From positions 107,198,001-107,262,000 of the forward strand of contig JAGIQG010000009.1 of the NCBI GenBank assembly GCA_024679065.1: 64,000 nt of DNA, written 5' to 3'. Shown here one piece after another: positions 48,379 to 60,424 of this stretch (within the stretch, counting starts at the first letter, position 1; each line of letters starts with the position of its first letter). This DNA is from Sphyrna mokarran (lineage: Eukaryota). The translations under genes and the position numbers were made by a program. The notes beneath the pieces were generated by a model. The model saw nothing but the letters and a program-made list of their open reading frames with translations. It did no database searches and was not told where the DNA came from.

Positions 48379-49444
48379 TGCTTCAAGCGTTAACAAGTTT
48401 CTCTTGATGGTATATTTATATTCTTGTCTATGTTTTTTTTTTAAGAGAATAGCATTTGATATTTTGGCCCCTACGTGAGACGTCTGGAAAGATGTGGAAA
48501 AATGAACAATAATTCTGAGATCGTTTGATAAGATCACAAAGAAATTCACGAAGCTACGGCTTGACATTAAGAACAACGTGTGAATTGGTTAATAATCACA
48601 TCAGTTTAAAACTTACAAAGGCTGCTATGAAAAAGTCTTCACAGATAAGCACCAAGGCCATTCACCCAAACAGATTCATTAAATTAGATATCCGGAACAG
48701 GAAAAGGCCCTTGTAGCCAAACGGACCATCTAAAATGTAAAGCCCTCTGGGACAATTGGGCAAGATACTAAACCGGCAGGCTGCAGTTTAAAGACAAATA
48801 GATTGCAACCCTGACGAGTGAATAAACAGGATATGGGTCATTTCCAGGATGAAAGAGACTTTCTGATCACACTAAGTTGAGTACCAGACATAAGGGCGCT
48901 GTGAACCCTTACTTAGGAGAGAGGTATGTGACCTATGTGCCTCCAGCATGGCCGCTGGGGACACACCCAGAGATCAGTGTGGTAGCACCTGATTGGACTC
49001 TTATCGATCAAGGGGATCAAGTCCTGATCGATTGATTGGCAATGGTCAAAAGGAGGCGTGAAACCAAATAGGGTATAAAGGGTGCTGCACAAGCAGGAAT
49101 CTCTCTCTCTCTGACTCCACGAACGAGCTATAACAATGGTGAACATCACCAGCAAGAGCAGGAAGGAGAACCGAAGCAGAATGCCAGGCAAGACGGAAGG
49201 ACCAGACTATGCAGACGACTACCGAGACCAGCACAGAGATAAAGGCATTTGCCTGTCACGCAAAGCTAAGTCAAGGTCTTGTACTATACTTGAATTCTAG
49301 TATTTTCCTGTAAGATAACTTATTGTTCATCGGATGGGTGATTATTGATTGTGTGGATCTAAATAAATATTTGTACTAACGTGACGTCTACTCGTAGTTA
49401 TTTGTCCACCATATAATGGTTAAAACAGACTGTGGCAGGCAACA
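48379..49444 (+). mobile_element. Probable solo LTR (5' boundary uncertain)
   Basis: ATTGG boxes at 48992 and 49035, TATAAA 49074-49079, AATAAA 49362-49367, ends GGCAACA; GTGT flanks both proposed ends. Confidence 0.55.
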
Positions 49445-52400
49445 GTGTTGATATACATAGATTCAGGCACTGTTTGGGAGTGTGATAACTTGTAACTTCA
49501 CTAAATCTTCACGCTAATTGGATATTATAATTAAGCAAGTGTGAGGCAATTGTAATTGCTTTAATATCTGGATGTAACCTGAATCAGTAACTGAGTGGAT
49601 TGAGAACTCCTATGCCACAATTGGTACAGGCTAATTACTTCTAATAGAATGAGAAGCTATAATTGCTTGTGCATTTGAGTTCTGTATCCTGGCTAGTTAC
49701 ACCCTGTGATCAGTGACTTTGTAGGGTCTGAGATATCTTGGTTTAAACAGCTGTTTAAGAGAACTCCCTGACTTGGTCTGGTTACTTGAAGGGTAAATAT
49801 GTGTTCAATTTAAAGGCTGACATCAAAGCTGGCAACACTGTAAATGTGCAGATTACTTCATAAAGAAAATGTACAGGAAAATCAATTCAAATTGGACCCT
49901 TTCAAGGTACTTGCAATAATTGCATTGAAGAGCAGGTCTCAAGCATGTACATTACTTGACAAACAACATACCATTGAATGGTTAATGGCACCAAAAGTGA
50001 ATCAAAAATGATCAAAACACTTGTCATAGGGAAATCTATTTTAAAACAATTGGGATTGTCTTAAACACACTAACTGTTAAAATGAGCAATCTTAAAGTGA
50101 ATGGATAAGTAATTTGGAGGAGAACAATTAAAGGCCTGGTGAGGAGTAACCCCCAAGATTGCTACAGATGAATGGAGAACTGGATTTTGTATTATGAAAG
50201 TTTTTATAATACTGTTATAAATTATATATAATTTAAGTTTATAAATATTTTGAAATTGAGTGAGGCTCTAAGTGTCAGAGGAAGGAACATTGATCTAATT
50301 TGCATCATCTGTAGATCACATGCAAGTTATCATCGAATGTAGAAAATTCAATTCATTGTATTCTTTGGGTGCAGGTCCTCACAAGGGTTACAGAAAACTA
50401 ACAAAGTGATCAATAATAAGGCATGGGGAGGGGGAATCCTACCTTACAGCAACAGGAGCCTTTTTATACATGACTGATATTTGAATGACATGTAATCTAC
50501 ATAGGAATCAATGAATGAGTTTAATAATATAGTAAATGGTCAAATTTCATATTTAAAAATATGATGCATAAATGGTTTGAGTTGCAAGGAAACTGGCAAT
50601 GTATTTACACTTGTAGGAGAACACAAATGCAATAAATATGACAAAGGGATAGGGCTACCATATGTGACATTAAATGCCCAAGCAATCTCTGCCTCGAGGT
50701 AGGAAGCTGATGTTCAATAGTTAGTTTTATTTTAATTAAAGCACAACCTCTGTCAATATGATAGTTTTATACTGAATTCTGGGGGACATCACATGACTGG
50801 CTTTTTTAATTCATTTGTGGGACATAGGCATTGCTGACTGGCCAGCATCTATTGCCCATCCCTAGTTGCACTTATTCTGAGGACAGTTGGGAGTCAACCG
50901 CATTGCTGTGATCCTGGAGTCACATGTTGGCCAGACCAGGTAAGGACAGCAGATGTTCTTCCCTAAAAGATGTTAGTGAGCCAGATGAGTTTTTCTGACC
51001 ATGGTTTCATGGTCATTGATAGGTTTTTCATTCCAGATTTCTTTTATTGAATTTGGGTTCCATCATCTGCCATGGTGGGATTCGAACCTGGGTCCCCAGA
51101 ATATTAGCTGAGTTTCTGGATTAATTGTCTAGCAATAATATCACTAGGCCATCATCTCCTGGCACCATACTCAAGGTTGAAAAGGGTGAAAGAACATTGC
51201 CTTAAGGTAGTGAATGAAGGCCTCAATATTGAACAATGACTCGTATAAAACATCCACCTCCCTCACAATTGAAATGATCAGCTCTGCTGTCTAAGCTCAA
51301 AGTCTATTGTGCAAAGAAAGCAAAGCAGTAAGACATTTAACCTTGCATATCAAATTAGTGCAATTCAACTTTAGTAGGAATCACTTTATTTCACACTATT
51401 CTGGAAATTTAGAATTAACTTTTGGTTCTTTACATTTTAATGTTAGTTACATGTGCTGTTATATTTAGCAAACTAATTACTTTCAAACAATTTCACTAAG
51501 GTAACCCATTCCAAGGAGTGTTGTAGCAGTAATCCTAAAATGGTTGACCAAAAGAGTCACTGATTAGGGTCAGATTTAATAAGTGAACTGAAGTTTTGAA
51601 ACAGTACGGAAGATGTCAAGCATGTGAACATGACAGTATCTTTCTGGAATGCTTGCTCTACCTGATAATTCTAAAACGATCATAAAACTCCAGGACACCA
51701 CACTAAGCCTGATTAAAAATAAACAAGGCATTCATTGTTCCTTCAGTTAAAGGGCACTGGCTACTGGTAAAATGGTACCAATTCAATCTTGCAAAGAAAC
51801 ATTTTGTAAAACTGGCAAAGAAACATCTTTAAGATACATTTCTTAAAGGCATAGCATTATCACACAAACATGGGACGACTGCCAAATAGCACTTGACCTT
51901 GTGCTACTTGGGCAGAGATCTGAATAGATGACCCACCATTTAGGTTTGTTGGAGTACCCTACTGGGAGAGTGAGGAGTGGAAAAGAGCCATTTTAGTGAG
52001 AATTAGAGTTTGGGGCTCAGTTAATCCTAGATCCTATCCCCATATCCCTACATATTAACCCACTAATCCCTCTAACCTATGCATCTTCGGACACTAAAGG
52101 GCAATTTTAAGCATAGCCAATCAACCTAACCTGCACATCTTTGGACTGTGGGAGGAAAATGCAGTACCCAAAGGAAACCCACGCAGGCACAAGGAGAATG
52201 TGCAAACTCCACACAGACAGTGATCCAAGCTGGGAATCGAACCTAGGTCTGTGAAATAGCAATGCTAAGCACTGCTACGGTGCTGCCCACGGACCTGGGT
52301 TCGAATCTCGGCTTGAGTCATAGTCTGTATGTAGTTTGCACATTCTCATTGTTTCTGCGTGGGTTTCCCCCCACAGTCCAAGGATTTGCGAGTTGGGTTG

Positions 52401-55400
52401 ATTGGTCATGTTAACATTGCCCCTTAGTGTCCTGAGATATGTAGGTTAGAGGGATTAGTGTGTAAAGATAGGGGGATAGGGTACGGAGGGGTGTGTGGAT
52501 TGTGATTGGTGCAGACACGATAGGCCCAATGGCTTCCTTCTATACTGTAAAGTATCTATGATCTCTCTAATGTGCTTTGAACATATAGATGAGGTCATGG
52601 TCGCTATGGTAGATCAATTGAAAACAAACCTGAGCGAGAGCATATTTTTGGGGGGGCTGTGGGCAGACTGTGGACAGAGATGTGGTAGAACGGAATTGGA
52701 AGGTGTTGGGATGGTGAATATACCACTTGGAGGGGTGGGGCACTGGAGGGAGCTGAAAACAATGGTGAGGGTCTTAAAATTGAGACATCACCAACCAAGG
52801 AGTCCCCTACATCCATAAAAATCTGGTGAACTGGTGCGATGACAATCATCTCTGTGTCAACAAAACAAAAGAGAGAGTCATTATCTTAGGAAGCATACTG
52901 GAGAATATGTCCCTGTTTACTTCAACGGGGATGAAGTGGAAATGGTCAAGAGCTTCAAGTTTCTAGGTGTCCAGATCACCAACAACCTGTCCTGATCTCC
53001 ACATACCAATGTTATCGTTAAGAAAGCATCTACTTTTCTGGAAACTAAAGCGATTTGGAATGTTCACTACGACTCTCACTATGTTTTACAGATGCACCAT
53101 AGAAAGCATTCTTTCTCCTTGTATCACAGCTTGGTATGGCTCCTGCTCTGTGCAAGATTGCAAGAAGCTATAAAGGGTCATGAACGAAGCCCCAGTCCAT
53201 CACACACTTGCCTCTCAGCTATTGACTCTGTCTCTCCCTGCCTCTAAAAAGCAGCCAGCATAACCAAGGAGTCCGCATAACCAAGGAGTCCACACACCCC
53301 GGCCCTGCTCTCTTCCACCTTTTTCCATTGGGAAAAAGATACACAAGTGTGAGGTCACGTACCAGCGACAGCTTCTTCTCTGCTGCCATCAGACTTTTGA
53401 ATGGACCTATCTCATATTGGTTGGATTTCTCTACAGCTATGACTGTAACATTCCATTCTGCACCCTCTCCTCTCTTTTTCTACATATGGCATGTACCCTG
53501 TCCTCTCCTTTTCTCTGTATAGCGTGCAAGAAACAATACTTTGCACTGTATGCTAACACATGTGACAATAATAAATCAAAAAGTTTCAGCACGGAAAGAG
53601 GCCATTCGGCCCACTTTATCCATTCAGCCGGGTGTCATTTCCAATCGCACCTTTCCTATCCATGGCGGGGGGAGGATGGTGGCAGGGGTGAGGAGGGGGT
53701 GGTGGGGGAGGCGTGGGGAGGTCAGTCTCAGCAACCAAAATGCAACATCAACTCCTAACCAGTGATAATTGTCTTCTAAAAATTACAGACGGCATTAGCT
53801 CAGAAGTTAAGTGCAAAGTCAAACTCGCCTTCCTCTTCAGCCTCTCTCCTGAGAAACGAAGGCGGCTACACGTTACAACATACCGCTGCGATGAAGAAAT
53901 GGATTAAAAAACCCCAACAAGTCCATTACAGGAGAAATAGAAACTGGTTCATAAAAAATAAAGAACCCCCTTTACAAAGCGGCAATGAAATGAGGGCGAG
54001 GATTAAAGTCATGGTATTTTAGAAAATAACAGAAGCAGGATGTGGTCTTGCAGGTTATACTGAGGAGTTGCTGAGGAGATAATATCAACATGGAGTAACT
54101 TCATTTTCTAAGGCAGCGCATCACCATCATGCTAACGATTGGATTACACTCAACCCGTAAACAAGTCTTTCAACCAGGAACATGCAGATTCTCAATCTGG
54201 TAAGTCCTTGTTAATACGTTCTGTTATGCAGGTAATGACTCCAAAGATTTGCGGGTTGGACAGATTGGCCATGTTAAATTGCCCCTTGGTGTCAGGGGGA
54301 TTAACAGGCTAAATACATGGGTGTTACAGATAGGCTTACACTGCAATGAAGTTGCTGTGAAATCCCCAAGCTACTGTGAAAAATCCCCTAGTTTCCGCGT
54401 TCCAGCGCCTGTTTTGATACGCTTACGGGGAATTCAGCATGGCCAATACACCTAACAAGCACATTTCTGTAGGAGATACGGAGAGAACGCAGACTCCCCA
54501 CACACAGCTGACTCAAGCTGGGAATGGAACCCCAGCCCCTCGTTCTGTGAGGCAGCAGTGCTAACCACGGTGCCACTATGTAGCCGCTGGCGGCTCAATG
54601 CCGCAGTCAGCGCTGAATGCGCTATTTTGCCCTTCCAGAATGGGGAGCAGTGGGCTTGGGGTGTTGCAATACTCGGACCAGCTGAAAGAGAAAAGAGCTA
54701 TTTTCTTCTGAACTGCAATCTGCAACAAAAAAAAACACAGCAACAACGGAGGTGGCGGGAAATATCACCTTCGCCTGCCTTGTTCGCATTGTAAGGTCAT
54801 AGGAGTTGTAAATGTTTCGCAAATAAAATTTCGCAACAGAAAGTGCCACTAATGTATTGTTCAATTGCAAGCTAGATGGACATCCCCTCATGTAGAAAGC
54901 AGCTTCGCCTCTGTAACACAGACCTCACAACAGAAAAGTAATCTGAATGAGAATCCTTCAATTAGTCTCTCCCCCCCCCGCTCCCCAGCCTGTACTCTCT
55001 CCAAATTACCATGTATTAAATCGTTGTTATCGGGATTGAGGTTTCTTTATAAGGTAGGACTGGGAGCTTGAAGTATCAAAGGTGGGTCTACAGAGATTAT
55101 TCTTCTGTCTTCTCTCCATGAGACTGTGCCAATCAGTTTGAGGGCATTTTCATTCCAGGTTCTCGTTCTTCAGAGAATGCAGAAGGAATCTCCCTGGCCA
55201 CAACTCCAGTGCTGTTCCACAAAGAAGTGGAAACAATTCTTGCATCGTTTGCCTGTAGTTTATTAACTGAGGTGGGGGGAGGTATATTTCGCGACAGGCA
55301 CGCTAATCAAGGTAAATTTGATTTTCTCTCTCTCTCTCCATAGTGCAGTCTCTCCTTCCATAGAACCATAAAAAATTACAGCTCAGAAACAGGTCTGTTG

Positions 55401-56023
55401 GCCCTTCTTGTCTGTGCTGAACCATTTTTTTTTGCCTAGTCTCATTAACCTCCACTTGGCCCATATCCGTCCACACCCCTCTCATCCATGAACCCGTCCA
55501 AGTTTTTCTTAAATGTTAAAGGTGACCCCGCATTTACCACTTTATCCGGTAGTTCATTCCACACTCCCACCACTCTCTGTGTGAAGAAGTCCCCCTCTAA
55601 TATTCACTTGAAACTTTTCTCCTTTTATTCTTAACCCACGCCCTCTGGTTTTTTTCTCCCCTGGCCTCAGTGGAAAAAGCCTGTTTGCATTAACTCTATC
55701 GATACCCATCAAAATCTTATACATCTCTAACAAAACTCCCCTCATTCTTCTACGCTCCAAGGAATAAAGTCCTAACCTATTCAATCTTTCTCTGTAACTC
55801 AGCTTCTTAAGTCCCAGCAACATCCTCGTGAACCCTCTCTGCACTCTTTCAACCTTATTTACATCCTTCTGACCAAAACTGACCACAATACTCTAAATTC
55901 GGCCTCATCAATGCCTTATATAACCTGACCTTAATACTCCAACTTTTATACTCGAACATTCCAACTTTTATACTCGAATGATCCCAACGAGCCAATGATC
56001 ATTCCAAAAATCTCTTCCCTTCC

Positions 56024-56935
56024 CCGCTCCTTCCATCTCTTCCCCACCCTCTGCCCTCCCCTAATTCCTTTCCTCTTCTGCCCCTCCACATTCCCTTTCT
56101 CTCCGTTCTCCACCTTTCCTCTCTCTCCCTCTCGCCACCCCCTCTCTAACTTTCCTCCTTATCGTCGGCCCCTCCATCCCCTTCCCGTCCCTTCTTCATC
56201 TCCCCTCCCTCTCTCCTATCCCTTTCCCTCCCTCTCTTCTCCCCTCCCTCTCACCGTGTCCTCTCCCTCCCAACCCTCCCTCCTGTCTCCCCTCCAACCC
56301 TCTCCCCTCTATTCCCGCCCTCTCCTCTTCCCTCCCTTTCTCCACCTCCTCCTCGCTCTCTCTTCTCCCTCTGCCTTCCCGCCCTCCCTCCCTCTCTCTT
56401 CCAACTCTTCCCTTCTTCCCCTTTATTCCCCTCTTTCTCTCCTCGCTTCTCTCCTCTCCCCTCCATGCCATACCAGTCCCCTCCCTTCATTTCTCTCCTT
56501 CCCCCTCCCTCCTCTCTCTTCCTCCGTCCTTCCTCCCTCCTCTTCCCCTCCCTCGCCACATCTATCCCTCCATCCGTGCCACCCCTCCACATCCTCTCTC
56601 CCCCTTCCACCCTTCTCATCCTTATCCCCTCTCCGTCACCCCTTCCTTTCCCCCTACTGTCTCTCCCCTTTTAATCCTCTCTCTTCATCCTCCACTCCCT
56701 CCCTCCCCTTCTCCTCTATTCCCGCCCTCCCACCTTTGGCCCCACACTCTCCCTCTCCTTCCAACTTCTCTCCCGTCTCCCCCTCAATACCCTCCATCCC
56801 ATTCCTCTCGTCTCATTCCTCTCTCCCCTCATTAAACTCCTCCTCACCTCGTCCCTCCTCTTCTCCTACACCACCCATCCCCTCTCTCTTCTCTCTCTGC
56901 CCCACTCTCCCCCCCCCCCCCCCGCTCTCTCCTTC
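56024..56935. repeat. About 0.9 kb polypyrimidine (CT-rich) low-complexity tract
   Basis: Almost entirely C/T on the + strand. Confidence 0.95.
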
Positions 56936-57527
56936 CGAAATGTGTGACTCATACCTTTTTGGAAGACACTTCTGCATTAACCTACCCCACACCTCCTCCC
57001 ACATCGGTTAAAGAGATATGCAAACCACAGTAAAACATCACTTAAAACAATAAGTGTTTCTTTCATACCGTTGACTCTGTTTCCCTCTTTCCACAGAAGC
57101 TTCCAGACCTGCTGAGTTTATCCAACATTTTCTGACTTTGAATCAAGCTACAAAAGCTTGCTGAGCGAACTTGCTGCTCTGACTGCTTAACATCTCAGTC
57201 TTCAAACTGAAATGGGGACTAGATTAGTTTGCAAAAGACAAACAGGTTTGAGAATCAATGCATCCTTAAAGGTCGGTGTGTATGTGTTTTGCTCTTTGCG
57301 AGATGCTGGCAGTGATCATAGGCTGACTGTAAAACAGGATATGCACCCCCACGAAACCAGACAGCGGGTGATACAGCTCTGCTGTAACCGCGACGGGACG
57401 GCATGTGAAATGCTAACAATGAGAAAGAACGTGCACTTTATTTGAGCCTGAGCGATGTGTACTCCCCCCAAACCCCAGCACCCCTTACCCTACACCACAT
57501 ACGCACCCTCAGCCCCTTCCAAAATCC

Positions 57528-57782
57528 ATCGGAATTCTCAGATGTTGCAAAGGCAGGAATCGCCGCTTCGTTCAATTTCAGCAAGATTTTCCGTCCTCGT
57601 CGGCGGCTGGAATTCGCCGGTCCCGCTGCCGCCGAGGGAGATTTGGCTGAGCGCCAAATTCTTCATTCCGTGGTGGAGGGGTGGGGCGGGGGGCATGCAA
57701 GAACGGAGAATCCCCAGAGTCTATTCACTTCTAGCGGAGACCGGAGAATCTCAGCCACCAGCGAGGACGGAAAATCCAGGCC
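57528..57782. mobile_element. GC-rich hairpin/MITE-like dispersed element; similar pieces about 34690-34830, 39012-39135, 60520-60670
   Basis: GGAATTCTC/GGATTTT ... GAGAATC/GGAAAATCC inverted ends recurring at several loci. Confidence 0.45.
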
Positions 57783-59475
57783 ATTTATGTCTCAATTCTG
57801 GGGCATGCTGACAAACCTGGCATTCCTATTGAGAATGATTAGTTCGTATATTTCTTGGATTATAGGTTAGAAATTCTAGGAGGGTGACATGGGTCATTTT
57901 CCCCGTCAGACGGAGCAATCGGGTTAAAGTCTGAGGGGAGCTCCCCTGACAGTGCGGCACGCCCTCAGTACTGCATTCAAATGTCTGTGTGGGGCTTAAA
58001 CCCAGCGGCTCCAGTTCCAAGCATGTTACAATTCACATGTGACCTATAGAAGATGGCAGATCTATATTCTACCAGTCTGAGAGCGTCCCATTTGGAAAGG
58101 AGCAGATGTGACACCCACTATTCAGGAAAGGAGGGGGTAGAGAGAAAAAATAGGGACATGTTATAGTCAACATGACATCCTTCACTGAAATCCGAGATCA
58201 GGACAAGGATCTTACCTCAGAGGATGCCAGGTAAGAGCAGAAGTAGGCCAATCGGCCCCTCAACCGCCTCTGCCAGTCAATCAGATGATTTGTTTGTGTT
58301 TTTAATTCATTATCCCCCATCTACTCTTTGAATCCCAAGATAAAGGCAAAATATTGCGAATGTTGAAACCTGAATTAAAACCCTAATGAATCATAGAACC
58401 TCACAGTGCAGAAGGAGGCTATTCAGCCCGTTGAGTCTGCATCGGTAACCATCCAACCCAGGCGCTTTCTGCGTCACCCGACACACTTACCCCGTCAATC
58501 TCTCTAAGTACACATTCCAGGACACTAAAGGACAATTTAGCAATCGATAACATGCACATCTTTGGACTCATCCTGATTCAAAACTTTATTCTCTCCCCAC
58601 AGATGCTGTCAGACCTGTTGAATTTTTCCAGCATTTTCTGTTTGTGCATTCTTTGATTCCTTTGACCAATCTATCTACGCCCCCTCCACCTTAGAAATAT
58701 TCAGTGACCCTGCCTCCAACACATTCTGAGGCAGAATGTTCCAAAGACACATGCTCCTCAGAGAAACAAATGCATTAGCATTCTTTCGTAATTGGCAGTG
58801 TAGACTTACATTGACACTGCAATTAAGTTATTGTGAAAATCCCTGATTTGCCACACTCCAGTTTGGGTACACTGAGAGAGAATTTCGTACGGCCAATGCA
58901 CCAAACCAGCATGCCTTTTAGGCTGTGACAGGAAACCAGAGCACCCATGGGAAGAAACCCATGGGGAGAATGTGCAGACTAGCACCGACAGTGACCCGAG
59001 CCTGGAACCGAAACCAGGTCCTCGGAGCTGTGAAGCACTGTTAACAACGGTGTCACCGTGCCATCCTCTGCGTGTTTTGATTTTGTGAAGATATTCGATA
59101 AAGATCCATGTTACTGTACCAGGTATGGGTACATGGAATCAAGAGTAATTTTTTTTATGAAGGCTGTGTAAAAAAAGAGGTCACAAGGGACATTTCCAAG
59201 GACCGGTGTAACAATTGCAGCCTCCTACAATCTGCACGAAGGGGCTGTGGATGAGCAGAGTTTAGCAGAGAGACACGCAGCTCAGCGGGAAAGCAGGTTG
59301 TGAGCAGGAGGTGAACAGTTTTGCGACAGGCGGCTCAGCAAGTGGACAAGCAAGCGGCAGAGACAGGATGTGTTGAAACATAGGACTGGAGTACAGGGCA
59401 TGGCGGAAGCAGCAGATTACATTGCTTGCTTCTGTTTCTGAGACTAAGGGTTGCAGAGGATTATAATGGGCAAAA

Positions 59476-59768
59476 CGGCGGCACAGTGATTAACACTGCT
59501 ACACCACAACACCAGTGGGTTCGATTCCTGGCCCGGGTCACTGTCTGTGCGGAGTCTGCATTTTCCCCCTCGTGTCTGCGTGGATTTTCTCGGGGTACTC
59601 CTGTTTCCTTCACAGTCTGAAAAATGTGCTGGTTAGATACATTGTCCGTGCTGAATTGCCCCTCAGTGTAACCGAACAAGCGCCGGAGTGTGGTGACTAG
59701 GCAATTTTCACAGCAACTTCATCGCAGCGTCAATCTAAGCCAACTTGTGACACTAACAAATAAAACTT
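59476..59768 (+). mobile_element. V-SINE variant with alternative tail (TTTTCACAGTAACTTCATTGCAG...TGTGACACTAATAAATAAACTTT); also about 695-935, 3775-4055, 9452-9716, 28190-28862, 58795-59062(-)
   Basis: Same head and V-domain as the CR1-tailed copies but a different 3' third. Confidence 0.8.
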
Positions 59769-60029
59769 TGCACGGTACGGTATGATATAGATATATACAT
59801 TACAGCAACTTCAACCTGGAGATACTCAGAATTGAACTGAACTGAATTTCAACTTAGTTACAAACTGCACCAGCTTGAAAGAAGACAGATCTGAAGTGAA
59901 GTTTCTGTAAGTGAGGGGGAGTATTGGGGTAGGTGCTGTGTATGTTGCTGGGGGGGAGGGGGGCGGGGGAGGTGGAAGGGAGTTGTTTTGAAGCTTTGCC
60001 CTGTTGGCGAAATGATGTGCCACCCCCAC

Positions 60030-60209
60030 TTCACTCACATCCTGTCATCAATCTTGTCCTGATTTGCAGGCAGCGGCGTCTTCCTGTCAGCTTTAGCTGT
60101 CAGTGCGCCCTAGTCCCAGCGTCCTACACTCGGGCTGGTGAATGTAGCCGGATCTCGGCGGTCCTGCGATCGCTCCAGTGAGAGCGCTTTTCCCTCCGCT
60201 GAACGGAAA
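60030..60209 (+). promoter_or_regulatory. Probable TATA-less promoter/5'UTR of the NCR3-like gene
   Basis: Unique, locally CpG-rich sequence with ETS sites CACATCCTGT (60036-60045) and CTTCCTGT (60080-60087) just upstream of the ATG. Confidence 0.4.
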
Positions 60210-60270
60210 ATGCCAATGAATCTGTGTCCTCTGCCTGCCTTTATTCTGACCTCCTGTCTCTTCGCCGCAG
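60210..60270 (+). CDS. Leader exon of the NCR3-like gene
   Basis: AAAATG start, 20-codon hydrophobic signal peptide, donor CAG|gtaaga. Confidence 0.85.
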
Positions 60271-60393
60271 GTAAGACAACACTCCTGATCTGAGGACATC
60301 TGCTGAACTGTGTAGAATTAACCGTGTGGGGTTGCTGGGCGTGTTCTAAGGTGAATCTCTTAAATGTTTGTAAACTAGAAAGAAAAGTGCGGG

Positions 60394-60424
<31 letters not shown>

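Noticed and set aside
55100-55290. Exon-like unique sequence with acceptor-like sites on both strands
   Set aside because: Translations resemble no recognisable protein and cannot be linked to either gene
55995-57011. 338-aa Pro/Ser/Leu ORF and its antisense Gly/Arg/Glu ORFs
   Set aside because: Artefact of the CT-rich low-complexity tract, which lacks stop codons
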